From the NCBI GenBank assembly GCA_041946805.1, contig JBHGBC010000008.1:16991-80990 (forward strand): a stretch of 64,000 nt of DNA, in the 5' to 3' direction. A program made the position numbers and the translations under genes. The stretch comes from a bacterium (GTDB lineage: Bacteria > Hinthialibacterota > Hinthialibacteria > Hinthialibacterales > Hinthialibacteraceae). Positions 39,754 to 49,220 of this stretch are shown piece after piece. Each line of letters begins with the position of its first letter. Position 1 is the stretch's first letter. The notes below the pieces were generated by a model that was given only the letters and a program-made list of their open reading frames with translations, made no database searches and had not been told where the DNA came from.

Positions 39754-40153
39754 GATTCGGTACCGTAAAGAAGCCCTGGCCGATGTGAACATGACCAACC
39801 TCATTGACATCATGATGGTGTTGCTCATCGTATTCATCCTGGTGTCCAATTTTGTCCAAACCGGCTTGAACATCCGCGTCCCCCAGGTCAGCTACGTCGA
39901 AGCCATGGGCAAGGAGCAAATCGTCGTCAGCGTGGATCCCAACGGGCGGAAGACGCTCAACGGCCAGCCGGTGAACGAAACCGACCTGCCGGCCAAGCTG
40001 ACCGAGTTGAAAAACAAATTCCCCGAGGAGGCCTTGTTCATCAACGCGGACAAGCTGACTTCCTTCGGTGACGTGGCCGAGGTGATCGCCGTTTCCGCCA
40101 AGGTCGGCTTCCAGTCGGTCAATATTCCAGCCATCTACAAGCCCCGGAGTTGA
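39740..40153 (+). CDS. tolR: TolR/ExbD
   Basis: GGAGGAG RBS + GTG; NMTNLIDIMMVLLIVFI TM with the conserved Asp, INADK. Confidence 0.9.
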   Translation: MALRKIRYRKEALADVNMTNLIDIMMVLLIVFILVSNFVQTGLNIRVPQVSYVEAMGKEQIVVSVDPNGRKTLNGQPVNETDLPAKLTELKNKFPEEALFINADKLTSFGDVAEVIAVSAKVGFQSVNIPAIYKPRS

Positions 40154-40175
40154 ATTTGCGGAGGAAGTCCGTCAC

Positions 40176-41048
40176 ATGAACGACCGGACGGCGTATATCG
40201 TCTCCACCATCCTGCACCTCGCGGTATTTCTGTACCTGACGGTCAACCTGCGCTCCCACTATCAATATAGGCCGGGCTCCTACATCTCCATGAACATCGC
40301 CCAAGCGCAATCCGCTCCGGGGCGGCTCACGACTCCACCGCCCGCCCCGAAAAAACCGGAGCCCGAACCCGAATCCGAGCCCGAGCCCCCCAAGCCGCAA
40401 AAAATTGAGAAGAAACCTCCCAAGCTCACCGAGGACACGATCAGCCAATTGCGGGAAAAATTGAGCAGCACGCCGACCAAAAAGCCCACGGTGAAGCCCA
40501 CGGACAAGAATACTCCGACCCCCCGGCCGACCCCCCGGCCGACGCCGCCTCCCAAGCGTACGCCGACGCCCCGCCCCGCGGGGGAACAGCCGACCCCCAC
40601 GCCGGACCTCCCCCGCATCCCCTTGTCGGAAATCGAGTCACAGGTCCCGGCGCCGGCGGACAATGCCGCGGCGCCGGGAGTCAGCGGCGCGCCCATCGGC
40701 TCCGGCACGGGTGAGTACATGACCCAGATTTTCGGCGATCCGAATGCCCCGCACGATTTCACCGGCTATGCCATGATACTCAACAAGCAGTTGTACCGGG
40801 CCTGGCTGCAGCCAACCATCCGGCCGCCCGAATACCGCGATTTCATCACCGTGGTTTCGTTTGCCGTCTATCAGGACGGCAGCATCAGCGATATCTTCTT
40901 GGAAGAGAGTTCCGGATGGCCGGCGCTGGATAAGTCCGTCCTGGAGGCCGTGCAACGCGCCAGCCCCCTGGAACGGCTGCCGATGACATACACCGCTTCC
41001 AGCGTGCGCGTGCTGGTGCCTTTTATCATGCCCAAGAAGACCTATTGA
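40176..41048 (+). CDS. tolA: TolA/TonB family energy transducer
   Basis: STILH TM motif, Pro/Lys/Thr-rich linker, C-terminal ESSGWPALDKSVLEAVQRASP TonB_2-like domain. Confidence 0.85.
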   Translation: MNDRTAYIVSTILHLAVFLYLTVNLRSHYQYRPGSYISMNIAQAQSAPGRLTTPPPAPKKPEPEPESEPEPPKPQKIEKKPPKLTEDTISQLREKLSSTPTKKPTVKPTDKNTPTPRPTPRPTPPPKRTPTPRPAGEQPTPTPDLPRIPLSEIESQVPAPADNAAAPGVSGAPIGSGTGEYMTQIFGDPNAPHDFTGYAMILNKQLYRAWLQPTIRPPEYRDFITVVSFAVYQDGSISDIFLEESSGWPALDKSVLEAVQRASPLERLPMTYTASSVRVLVPFIMPKKTY

Positions 41049-41109
41049 GGCGCCGGCGGCGCTCCGGGGGAAATCCCCCGTAAAATACGCCCCGGGACTG
41101 CACCGGCAA

Positions 41110-41139
41110 TTGCACCGGTTTACGGTCCCCTGCTACAAT
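41110..41139 (+). promoter_or_regulatory. Sigma70-type internal promoter upstream of tolB
   Basis: TTGCAC-18 nt-TACAAT with an extended TG. Confidence 0.5.
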
Positions 41140-41206
41140 GGAACTTGTAAATGACCGCATTCAATCAACTCGATTGCATTTCACCACGACAGAAGGTTGA
41201 GGGAAA

Positions 41207-42628
41207 ATGATGAAACGGATCCTGATATTGTGGCTGGCCGTCACTGGTGGTTTCAGCGCCCTGGCCCTGGCTCCGGCCCCCGCCCCGGCCGGGGAATCGA
41301 CCTTGTCCATCCCCCCGATCATGGGCGGGCTCGAGAAGCCCAAGATGCTGATCGTCCAACCGGCGGTCCGCGAGCCGTTCGCCGGGCAGGAACAAACCGT
41401 GCAGGAGCTCAACGAGTTGTTCCTCTTCGATCTGGGCTTTTCCGATGCGTTCCGGGTGTTCGCGGAAACCCCGCCGGCCGCCTTCCTCCAGCGGCAGGAC
41501 GTGGAACGCAACAACATCTCGTACGAGGATTGGCGGCGCCTCGATGTCAACGGGGTGATGATGGACTACATCGTGAAAAGCGAACTGGTTCCCCGCGGCC
41601 CGGGCGTCTTCGAGCTCGACCTGATGGTGTACGATCTGGTTGACGGCGTCCGGGTCATCGGCAGGGCCTACGGCGGGCCGCCCCATGAGCCCTTCGCCCG
41701 CAAGAACCTCCGCCGCGCCGGCCACAAGGCCACGGCCGAGATCATCTCCAGCCTGACCCAAGGCCAGGTGAAGCCCATCACCGAAACCCGCTTCGCGTTC
41801 GTCAATTCCAACACCGCCAAGAAAATCAAGGAAATCTTCGTGATCGACTACGACGGATGGAAAGACAGCGTCCAGCAGATCACCTTCTTCAACTCCGTGA
41901 CCAATTTCCCCGACTGGTCCCCCGACGGCAACGAACTGGCCTATATCTCCTTCAAAAACAACTGGCCGGACGTGTTCGTTCACAACTTGGCCCAGGGGAA
42001 AGTGGTTCCCGCCGCGCAGTTCAAGGGGACCAACAACACACCCCGCTGGCTGCCGGACGGGCGCAATCTCATCTTCTCCATGTCCGCGTACGGCAATCCC
42101 GAGCTGAGCATCATTCCCAAGGAAGGCACCAAACAGCCCCGGCGGCTGACCAACAACAACTGGCCGGAAGTGTCCCCCGACGTGTCGCCGGACGGGGCGC
42201 GGGTCGCCTTCGTCTCCAACCGCGTGGGGAGTCCGCAGATTTACATCATGGATATGGACGGATCCAACACGCAGCGCATTTCCTACGTCGAGCGGAAATG
42301 CGAATCCCCCTTCTGGTCGCCGGTCCCCGTGGGCGGCGAATACCGGATCGCCTTCTCGGGCTACTATGACAACCTTCAAAGCGACATCTATACCGTCCGC
42401 CCGGACGGATCGGACCTGCAGATGCTCACCGAGGGCAAATTCGAGAACCTGAATCCGACCTGGTCGCCCGACGGCCAGTACATCGCTTTTTCATCGAACC
42501 GGCTGGGGAAGCACGAGATCTTCATCATGCCCAGCGACCCCACCCGGCTGCTGCCCGACGGAAAGAAGTATTACCGCGTCACCAGCCTGGCGGGAGAGAA
42601 TGTCGCGCCGTCCTGGTCGCCGAATTAA
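41207..42628 (+). CDS. tolB: TolB beta-propeller protein
   Basis: Signal peptide, TolB N-domain, PD40 repeats PDWSPDG, PRWLPDG, SPDG..FVSNR, PTWSPDG, PSWSP. Confidence 0.93.
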   Translation: MMKRILILWLAVTGGFSALALAPAPAPAGESTLSIPPIMGGLEKPKMLIVQPAVREPFAGQEQTVQELNELFLFDLGFSDAFRVFAETPPAAFLQRQDVERNNISYEDWRRLDVNGVMMDYIVKSELVPRGPGVFELDLMVYDLVDGVRVIGRAYGGPPHEPFARKNLRRAGHKATAEIISSLTQGQVKPITETRFAFVNSNTAKKIKEIFVIDYDGWKDSVQQITFFNSVTNFPDWSPDGNELAYISFKNNWPDVFVHNLAQGKVVPAAQFKGTNNTPRWLPDGRNLIFSMSAYGNPELSIIPKEGTKQPRRLTNNNWPEVSPDVSPDGARVAFVSNRVGSPQIYIMDMDGSNTQRISYVERKCESPFWSPVPVGGEYRIAFSGYYDNLQSDIYTVRPDGSDLQMLTEGKFENLNPTWSPDGQYIAFSSNRLGKHEIFIMPSDPTRLLPDGKKYYRVTSLAGENVAPSWSPN

Positions 42629-42956
42629 CGCCAATTTAACGAAAGGACCGTTGGAATTCTTGTCATTCCGCGGTTGGGCGGGTACGATATAGGGTGTTGT
42701 CAGCATGGTCCGGCATCTTGGGATCGCGAACCGGCCGCGGAGGGAAATCCGCCGCCAAAGCCTCTTCACTCCCCGTTGGACATTGGAATGGTCTCCTTGA
42801 CGATCGCCCTGGGCTGCCCATGCGGAACACGTGTGATTCAATAGATCTACCGATTTTGTTGATTTTATGCTAAAGAAAGTCTTCTTCATCCGGGCGACAG
42901 AAAACATGATGAGCTTCATCCATCTTGTAATTTAAAAAATCGGGAGGTTCTGCTTC

Positions 42957-43532
42957 ATGTCCACGATGACACGCAACACAATCAAGGGAATCACGGTTCT
43001 GCTGGCCATGGCTTTGTTGCAGGGCGGCTGCGCGCGCACTCCGAAACAGCCCGCCGGCGCGCATGTGCGGGCGGAAAAAGGGATAGGCCAGCCGGGCACG
43101 GGAGGGGATTCAGGTTCCATCACCCGTCCGCCCATGGGCGGTTCGCCGCTGCCTCTTTCGAAGCTGCCGGACGCGGGTGAGTTCCCCGGCCTGTGCGACC
43201 GCATCCACTTCGATTACGACAAGTACGAAATCAAGTCCGAATTCACCCAGTGCCTGGATCAGATCGCCGCGTACATGAATCGCCATCCGGAATACGTGTT
43301 GCTGATCGAAGGCCACTGCGACGAGCGTGGAACCCCGGAATACAACCTGACGCTGGGTGAGAACCGCGCCCAGGCCGCCGCCCACTACCTGCTGCAACGC
43401 GGCTTGCCCGCCGAGCGCGTGGTGACCAAGTCGCTGGGTGAATCGCAACCGCTGGCCATGGGACACGACGAAAGCGCCTGGCGCCTCAACCGCCGCTGCG
43501 AATTCTTCGGCGTTCCCAGCGCCGGCCGGTAA
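42957..43532 (+). CDS. pal: Peptidoglycan-associated lipoprotein Pal (OmpA family)
   Basis: Lipobox LQGGC; IHFDYDK, IEGHCDERGTPEYNLTLGENRA, SLGE, AWRLNRR. Confidence 0.93.
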   Translation: MSTMTRNTIKGITVLLAMALLQGGCARTPKQPAGAHVRAEKGIGQPGTGGDSGSITRPPMGGSPLPLSKLPDAGEFPGLCDRIHFDYDKYEIKSEFTQCLDQIAAYMNRHPEYVLLIEGHCDERGTPEYNLTLGENRAQAAAHYLLQRGLPAERVVTKSLGESQPLAMGHDESAWRLNRRCEFFGVPSAGR

Positions 43533-44156
43533 GGATCATCTGAAATATCAAGTATGAGTCGAGCGGGCCGGGCCCCGATGCCCGGCCTGTTTTCGTGCGG
43601 GTCCCCCTCTCCTGCCTCTCCATCCACTCGCATTAATATATTTTACTTCATCAGTAATTCAATCAATTCAGCCACAATTATTTATGATATAAAAATTTTA
43701 TTGATTATATAGTGGATTGGGATATAGTAATCCTCCGAAAGGGGTACATCATCACATCGAGAAGATCGTGGGGTGACGCGCCATGAGCCAGTTCATCGGA
43801 AGGGCATTGACGGGAATGGCATTATTGATGGTGACGGGTTTTCAGGCATCGGATGCGGCGGAACCGTTGATCAAGGAGTTCGTGGACTTGATCCAGGAAT
43901 ACGGCACGGCGGAATGGGTGGATGCGTATGGGCGGCCGGTGGGATTGGAGGGGCTGGGAAAAGCTGGGTGCAACGGCTCTTAACGATGAATTGAAGGAAG
44001 ACATCCTTGCCTTCGTCTTGGATTTAAGCGACTGGCGGGAGATGAAGTGCGGATCGTGCTGGCGATAAACGTGGTTCCCGCATATTCGAAAATGGGTGCC
44101 GAGGAATCGTGGCCGCCCAACGTGATCCCGGCGCAATGGACTTCGGCGCGGATTGT

Positions 44157-44225
44157 GGGCAGCGCGGAGACATACATGGGGCAGCCCCTTTCCTCGCTCG
44201 GTTCCAAGACGATTTTCACTTTCAT
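44157..44225 (-). pseudogene. Remnant of a HicB-family antitoxin N-terminus
   Basis: MKVKIVLEPSEERGCPMYVSALP resembles the HicB pattern MKxKVVLEPSEEGGYTVYVPALPG, then similarity stops; GGGAG RBS. Confidence 0.6.
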
Positions 44226-44418
44226 GTCATACGCTCCCGCATGGGGGGATTGATTCGCGCATCGAATTCGATGCATGAAATACCGCCGCCGGCCCGCGAT
44301 CACCTCCTCCCCCCGGGATGGTTTATTGTATCATCGAATAGAGAAAACTTGTTCCGTGCGGCGGGCAATCCCGCGCGGAGGGAAGATGGAACCATACACA
44401 TGGGAGTGGATCAATCAC

Positions 44419-47400
44419 ATGAAGCGGAAAATCTTTTCAACCATTTTCATTTCCTTTTTTCTGGCAACTTGCTTGCTTGATCCCGTGGAACAGCCGGCTT
44501 GGCCGCAATCGCCGAATCCATCCCCGTTCACGGAACCAGCCGCGGTGCAATTGACTCAAAACACCGCCATCCTTCCGCTGTATGAAGTCTTCGAAATCAC
44601 GTTGGCCCAAGACCATCGTTACATGAATCCCTTTTTCGACGTGACCATCACCGTGGATTTCATCTCTCCCGGCGGGCGGAGCATTTCCATCGGCGGATTC
44701 TATTACGGCCCCGCGGATCATGCCGAGGGATCGCCGGGGACGGAGACATGGAAAGCCCGGTTCGCCCCCGCCGAGGCGGGTGAGTGGGCCTTCGCCTACC
44801 GCTTTGAGGGAAAGGGAGGGATTCACGCTACCGGTTCCGGCAAATTCACCGCGGTGAAAGGGAAAAATCCCCAACCCGGCTTCGTCCGCCGGCATCCAAC
44901 CAATCCTTTCCGCTGGATCTTCGAGAACGGTGAACCGTACCACCCCATCGGCGTGCAGGATTGTTGGGGTGATAACAATGACAACGGCTCGGTGCTGGAC
45001 CAGGCCTCCATGGAAGGCCCGTTCCGCCTGGACGCGAAGAAACCCGCTCCTATGCCGCCCGGCCCGTTATTCATCCGCGGCCCCGCCAACAATCCCCAGA
45101 ACGGCGATGTGTATTTCCGGCAATTCGCGCGCGCCGGCTTCAACCTGTACCGCTTCTCCCAGCAAAATTGCTCGTTTTCCTTGATGGACGGATGGGATCA
45201 TTATCTCGTCAAGGAAGCCCGCATGGCCGATGAACTGCTGCGCCGCGCGCGGAAATACGGCTTCCGGATTCTTTACGGCTTGTTCGGCTATCAACCCGTC
45301 TTCAACGAGAATCCCGGCGATCCGGCCGGCATGGAACAAGTGAAGCGTTTCACGAAATATAGCGTGGACCGCTGGGGCGCTTACGTGGATTTCTGGGAGT
45401 TTCTCAATGAACAGAAGGCGAGTGACCAGTGGTACGCCGCGATGGCGCCCTATCTGCGGTCCATCGATCCCTACCGCCATCCCATCACCACCAGCTGGGA
45501 ACACCCCGAGCTGCCCGGCATCGAGATCAACGCGCCGCATTGGTATCAAAACGAAAACGAATTGGAATCCGACCGGATAATCGCTGACCGGGCCCAGGAG
45601 TGGAAGCGCTTCAACAAGCCGGTGATCGTGGATGAACAGGGAAATTACATTGACACCCAACAACCCATCCCTCCCGGTGTGGGCGGCGTTTGGGACGAGC
45701 GTTCCGCCTTGCGGATGCGGATCCGCTGCTGGACGGCCTTTTTTAACGAGATCGCCTTTGTGTTTTGGAACACCAGCTACGCCCGCGACGGCCATTTCAT
45801 GAACATCTGGCTGGGGCCCAAGGAACGGGAGTATGTCCACGCCCTGCAAAGCTTCGCCGGTGCCCTCGGCGGCGATCTCCGCATGGTCCCGGTGACGGTT
45901 TCGGCTCCCGGCGCGGCGCGCGCCTACGGCCTGGCTTCCTCGGAGCGGACGGGGGTGTATTTGCATCATTTCGGCAATCACACAGAGCCGCTGAAGGGCT
46001 TGAAGATCACCATGGATATTCCCCGGGCGGCCACGGGCTATTGGTACGTTCCCGAAACCGCGGCTATTGCTGGAACCATCGCGGTGGCCACGGGCGCGAA
46101 CACAATCGATGTGCCGGAATTCATCGTGGACCTCGCGTTGCTGATCACTCCCGGCCCCGCGCCCGACATCGATGGTGACGGTGTCCCCAACGGCCGCGAT
46201 ACGGACAACGATGAAGACGGCATTGCGAACGCGGAGGACGCATTTCCCTTGGAAACCGAGGAATGGGCCGATCAGGACGCCGATTGGATCGGGGACAACC
46301 AGGACGCCGACGATAACGGTGACGGGACCGGGGATGACATAAACCGGAACGGAACGCCCGATTTCCAGGAGTTGGACTTCGACGGCGACGGGGTAGACCA
46401 GGCGAATGCGATTCCCTGGGACGCGTTTCCCTGGAATCCGGCCGAATGGCGCGATACGGACAGCGACGGAACCGGCGACAACGCCGACCTCGATGACGAC
46501 GGGGACGGTTGGAGCGACGCCGAGGAACACCGGGCGGGGACCGATCTATTAAATGTATTGAGTTTTCCCGTGAATTCAGGCGTTTCGGATCAATTAAACC
46601 TGGTTAAGACTGAACCGCCCAAGCGGTTGTATCCCCAGCCGAAGATCCCCGTGTTTTGGAAATCCACGGTGGAAGATGTGGCCGCCGCGGTGAACGCGGT
46701 CCAGCGGGGATCCGGGGAGATCATCGCCTACACTCCCGGCGGCCGCCCGGTGTACAAGGTGTCCTACGGCCAACGCGCCGATTTCCACTCGCAGGCCAAC
46801 TACAACTCGGCGGCGGGCGCGGGCGATCCCGCCTTCTATGCCCGCAAAGCCGCGGATACCCCGCCGGTGGTGTTTCTCATCGGACCGGTCCATGGTCAGG
46901 AGGTCGAAGGCGTCGCCGGCATGGTGAATCTCCTCCGTGTGGCTGAAACCGGCAAGGATTGGCGGGACAAGGCTTGGCCGGACCTGCGCGCGGCCCTGGA
47001 CCGTTGCCGGGTGGTGATCGTCCCCCTGCCCAATCCCGACGGCCGGGCGCGGTGCCCGTACGACTCGTTCATCGGCCTTTCCGGTGAGGAAATGACCCGC
47101 ATCGGGCAGGGTACCCGGAAAGACGGCACGCTTTACCGATGGCCAGGGGTGAAAGCGATCCACCCCATGCGGGGCGATGTCGGGTTCCTGGGCGCGTATT
47201 TCAACGACGCGGGGATCAACCTGATGCACGACGAGTTCTTCGCGCCCATGGCCGAAGAGACCCGGGCGCTGCTGAATATCGCCCTCGACGAAGCGCCTGA
47301 TTACATTTTGAACCTACACTCTCATGAATCCCCGCCGGCCGTTCTACCCACCAGCTATGCGCCCTTCTACACCAAGGAAACGATCGCCCGCTTCGGGGAA

Positions 47401-47691
47401 CGGCTGATGGCCCGCTACCGGAACGCCGGCCTGCCCGCCGGCGAGCCGCCGGTTCCCGCCGGGGACGGAAAGCGCTATCCTCCCCCCTCGTTCAATCTCA
47501 CCTCCGCGCTGCATCACGTGTGCGGGGGAGTCTCCATGACCTTCGAATGCTCCCATGGCGTGCGGGACGCGGGCTATCCCCAGGTCACCCATGATCAAAT
47601 CCTGGATATCCAATTGATCCTGTACGAGGAATTGCTGGCCTTCGCGCTGGAAACCCCGCGCCCGGTTCTGTCCGAAGCGAACGGGAATTGA
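44419..47691 (+). CDS. Secreted multidomain protein: DUF5060 + putative GH TIM barrel + TSP3-like Ca-binding repeats + M14 zinc carboxypeptidase
   Basis: YEVFEI..NPF..GFYYG..WKARFAP; WEFLNE and IVDEQG (clan GH-A-like acid/base and nucleophile); DxDxDG/DAFP repeats; GPVHGQEVEG, NPDG, NLHSH; start approximate. Confidence 0.8.
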   Translation: MKRKIFSTIFISFFLATCLLDPVEQPAWPQSPNPSPFTEPAAVQLTQNTAILPLYEVFEITLAQDHRYMNPFFDVTITVDFISPGGRSISIGGFYYGPADHAEGSPGTETWKARFAPAEAGEWAFAYRFEGKGGIHATGSGKFTAVKGKNPQPGFVRRHPTNPFRWIFENGEPYHPIGVQDCWGDNNDNGSVLDQASMEGPFRLDAKKPAPMPPGPLFIRGPANNPQNGDVYFRQFARAGFNLYRFSQQNCSFSLMDGWDHYLVKEARMADELLRRARKYGFRILYGLFGYQPVFNENPGDPAGMEQVKRFTKYSVDRWGAYVDFWEFLNEQKASDQWYAAMAPYLRSIDPYRHPITTSWEHPELPGIEINAPHWYQNENELESDRIIADRAQEWKRFNKPVIVDEQGNYIDTQQPIPPGVGGVWDERSALRMRIRCWTAFFNEIAFVFWNTSYARDGHFMNIWLGPKEREYVHALQSFAGALGGDLRMVPVTVSAPGAARAYGLASSERTGVYLHHFGNHTEPLKGLKITMDIPRAATGYWYVPETAAIAGTIAVATGANTIDVPEFIVDLALLITPGPAPDIDGDGVPNGRDTDNDEDGIANAEDAFPLETEEWADQDADWIGDNQDADDNGDGTGDDINRNGTPDFQELDFDGDGVDQANAIPWDAFPWNPAEWRDTDSDGTGDNADLDDDGDGWSDAEEHRAGTDLLNVLSFPVNSGVSDQLNLVKTEPPKRLYPQPKIPVFWKSTVEDVAAAVNAVQRGSGEIIAYTPGGRPVYKVSYGQRADFHSQANYNSAAGAGDPAFYARKAADTPPVVFLIGPVHGQEVEGVAGMVNLLRVAETGKDWRDKAWPDLRAALDRCRVVIVPLPNPDGRARCPYDSFIGLSGEEMTRIGQGTRKDGTLYRWPGVKAIHPMRGDVGFLGAYFNDAGINLMHDEFFAPMAEETRALLNIALDEAPDYILNLHSHESPPAVLPTSYAPFYTKETIARFGERLMARYRNAGLPAGEPPVPAGDGKRYPPPSFNLTSALHHVCGGVSMTFECSHGVRDAGYPQVTHDQILDIQLILYEELLAFALETPRPVLSEANGN

Positions 47692-47705
47692 TGTTGCCTC
47701 TGAGC

Positions 47706-47786
47706 CCTGGATCCCCGCTTTCGCGGGGATGACATCCTGGGATCGGAACATAGGATGGGTTAGCGGGTCGCGCGTAACCCATCCAT
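47706..47786. repeat. Two REP-like palindromes downstream of the fusion gene
   Basis: GGATCCCCGCTTTCGCGGGGATGACATCC and GGATGGGTTAGCG..CGCGTAACCCATCC. Confidence 0.8.
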
Positions 47787-47864
47787 ATCCGAACCGCCCT
47801 CTCAGGACTTCCCCGCCTTCTCGGATATGCGCCGGATTTTTTTTGTGTGGATGAAAAAAATCTC

Positions 47865-47921
47865 TTGACAGGGTCCTCCCTCCCGGTTATTATCATTGCA
47901 GATCAGTTTGCAATACAAACT
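47865..47921 (+). promoter_or_regulatory. Sigma70 promoter plus palindromic operator
   Basis: TTGACA-17 nt-TATTAT (47865-47893); AGTTTG-CAATA-CAAACT inverted repeat (47905-47921) ahead of an operon encoding a wHTH regulator. Confidence 0.75.
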
Positions 47922-47959
47922 TGTTTGCTTATATCGGAATCGAAACGGAGGCCCTTCCC

Positions 47960-48613
47960 ATGCCGCGCTTCTTGAATCTCGGCGACTTCGAACGCCGCGC
48001 CAACCAGGCCCTCTTCCAAGACGGCCTGACCGAAATCTTCGTGGGCTTGTTCCTGCTCCTGGCCGGCGCGCTGCTGTGTGTGCATCCCCTTCTCGTCATC
48101 CTGTCCTGGCTGGCCGCGTATGGCTTGGCGCGGCTCATCGAACCGGTCAAGCGCCGCTATATCTACCCCCGCATGGGATTCGCGGCAGTCCCCGCCGAAA
48201 AGCAAACCCGGTTCCGTGATATTGTGGGTGTGACGGCTCTCTTACTCCTGCCCTTGGTGGCGTGCATTCCGGCGTTTCGTTGGCTCCTGGGTGCGGAACC
48301 AGGCTGGAATTTCTGGTCGAACCGTTTTCTCCCCGTGTTCTTCGGCGGCTTGCTGGCCATCGGCCCTGTGTCGCTGGCCGTGAAGTTCGGCATCCGCCGC
48401 TGGTATGGATACGGCGCGGCCGCCGTACTCTCCGGCATCCTTGTGCCCTTCCTGGATCTGGAGTCCTATTTGGACATCCTAGCCATCCAGATCCTCCTGC
48501 TGGGCGCGTTATTCCTGCCCGCCGGGCTGACGCTCTTCACCCGCTTTGTTTGGACCCATCCGGCCGAGGGGCGGGATATCCCGGAAGAGGAGGCTCCCCG
48601 TGGCCGCGAGTAA
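47960..48613 (+). CDS. Hypothetical integral membrane protein
   Basis: GGAGG RBS; QDGLTEI and KRRYIYPRMG motifs, about 6 TM helices; overlaps the regulator gene. Confidence 0.75.
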   Translation: MPRFLNLGDFERRANQALFQDGLTEIFVGLFLLLAGALLCVHPLLVILSWLAAYGLARLIEPVKRRYIYPRMGFAAVPAEKQTRFRDIVGVTALLLLPLVACIPAFRWLLGAEPGWNFWSNRFLPVFFGGLLAIGPVSLAVKFGIRRWYGYGAAAVLSGILVPFLDLESYLDILAIQILLLGALFLPAGLTLFTRFVWTHPAEGRDIPEEEAPRGRE

Positions 48614-48929
48614 AAAACCGAAAGAGACCCGGCCGGAAATCACCGAAATCGACCGCATGGTCCACGAACCGGGCCGCCTGATTATTTTGGCTGTGCTGCA
48701 CGCGGTGGAAAGCGCGGACTTCCTGTTCGTGATGCGCCAGACCGGCCTGACGCGCGGCAACCTCTCCTCCCACATGAGCAAACTGGAGTCAGCGGGATAC
48801 ATCGAAGTGAAGAAGGAATTCGTAGACAAGATTCCCCGCACCCTGCTGCGCTTGACAACCAAAGGCCGCCAGGCGTTCGAAGCCTATCGCGCCCGGATCC
48901 AGGGCCTCCTGCGCCTCGAGGACGCCTGA
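48600..48929 (+). CDS. Winged-helix transcriptional regulator (MarR/ArsR-like, HTH_34 type)
   Basis: GAGGAGG RBS + GTG; DRMVHEPGRLII, GLTRGNLSSHMSKLESAGYIEVKKEF, LTTKGRQAF. Confidence 0.9.
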   Translation: MAASKKPKETRPEITEIDRMVHEPGRLIILAVLHAVESADFLFVMRQTGLTRGNLSSHMSKLESAGYIEVKKEFVDKIPRTLLRLTTKGRQAFEAYRARIQGLLRLEDA

Positions 48930-49034
48930 CCGGCGCGTCCGGGAGAAGATCCGTGGCCGTAACGGTTTACCCGAATGCGGAATGTTCTCGATTCTTTGTT
49001 CGTAGTGCGAGCATAGAAATCATCGCGAGACGAT

Positions 49035-49103
49035 TTCCTCTCCCTCTGGGAGAGGATCAGGGTGAGGGAAGCCCGGAGAGGGCGGAATTCATCTTTACTC
49101 TGC
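49035..49103 (-). repeat. Inverted copy of the 70-bp composite repeat
   Basis: CCTCTCCCTCTGGGAGAGGATCAGGGTGAGGGAAGCCCGGAGAGGGCGGAATTCATC..TCTGC. Confidence 0.8.
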
Positions 49104-49220
49104 AAACGAGTAAGCAGGTTCTCGAAGCTTTTCCGGAGAAAAGGGAAGCGGAAACCGCTGCCTGAATGAAAACTGGAACCTGGAAGGATCCCATTCCGTA
49201 TAAGTCAGTGAAGGAGGCCG

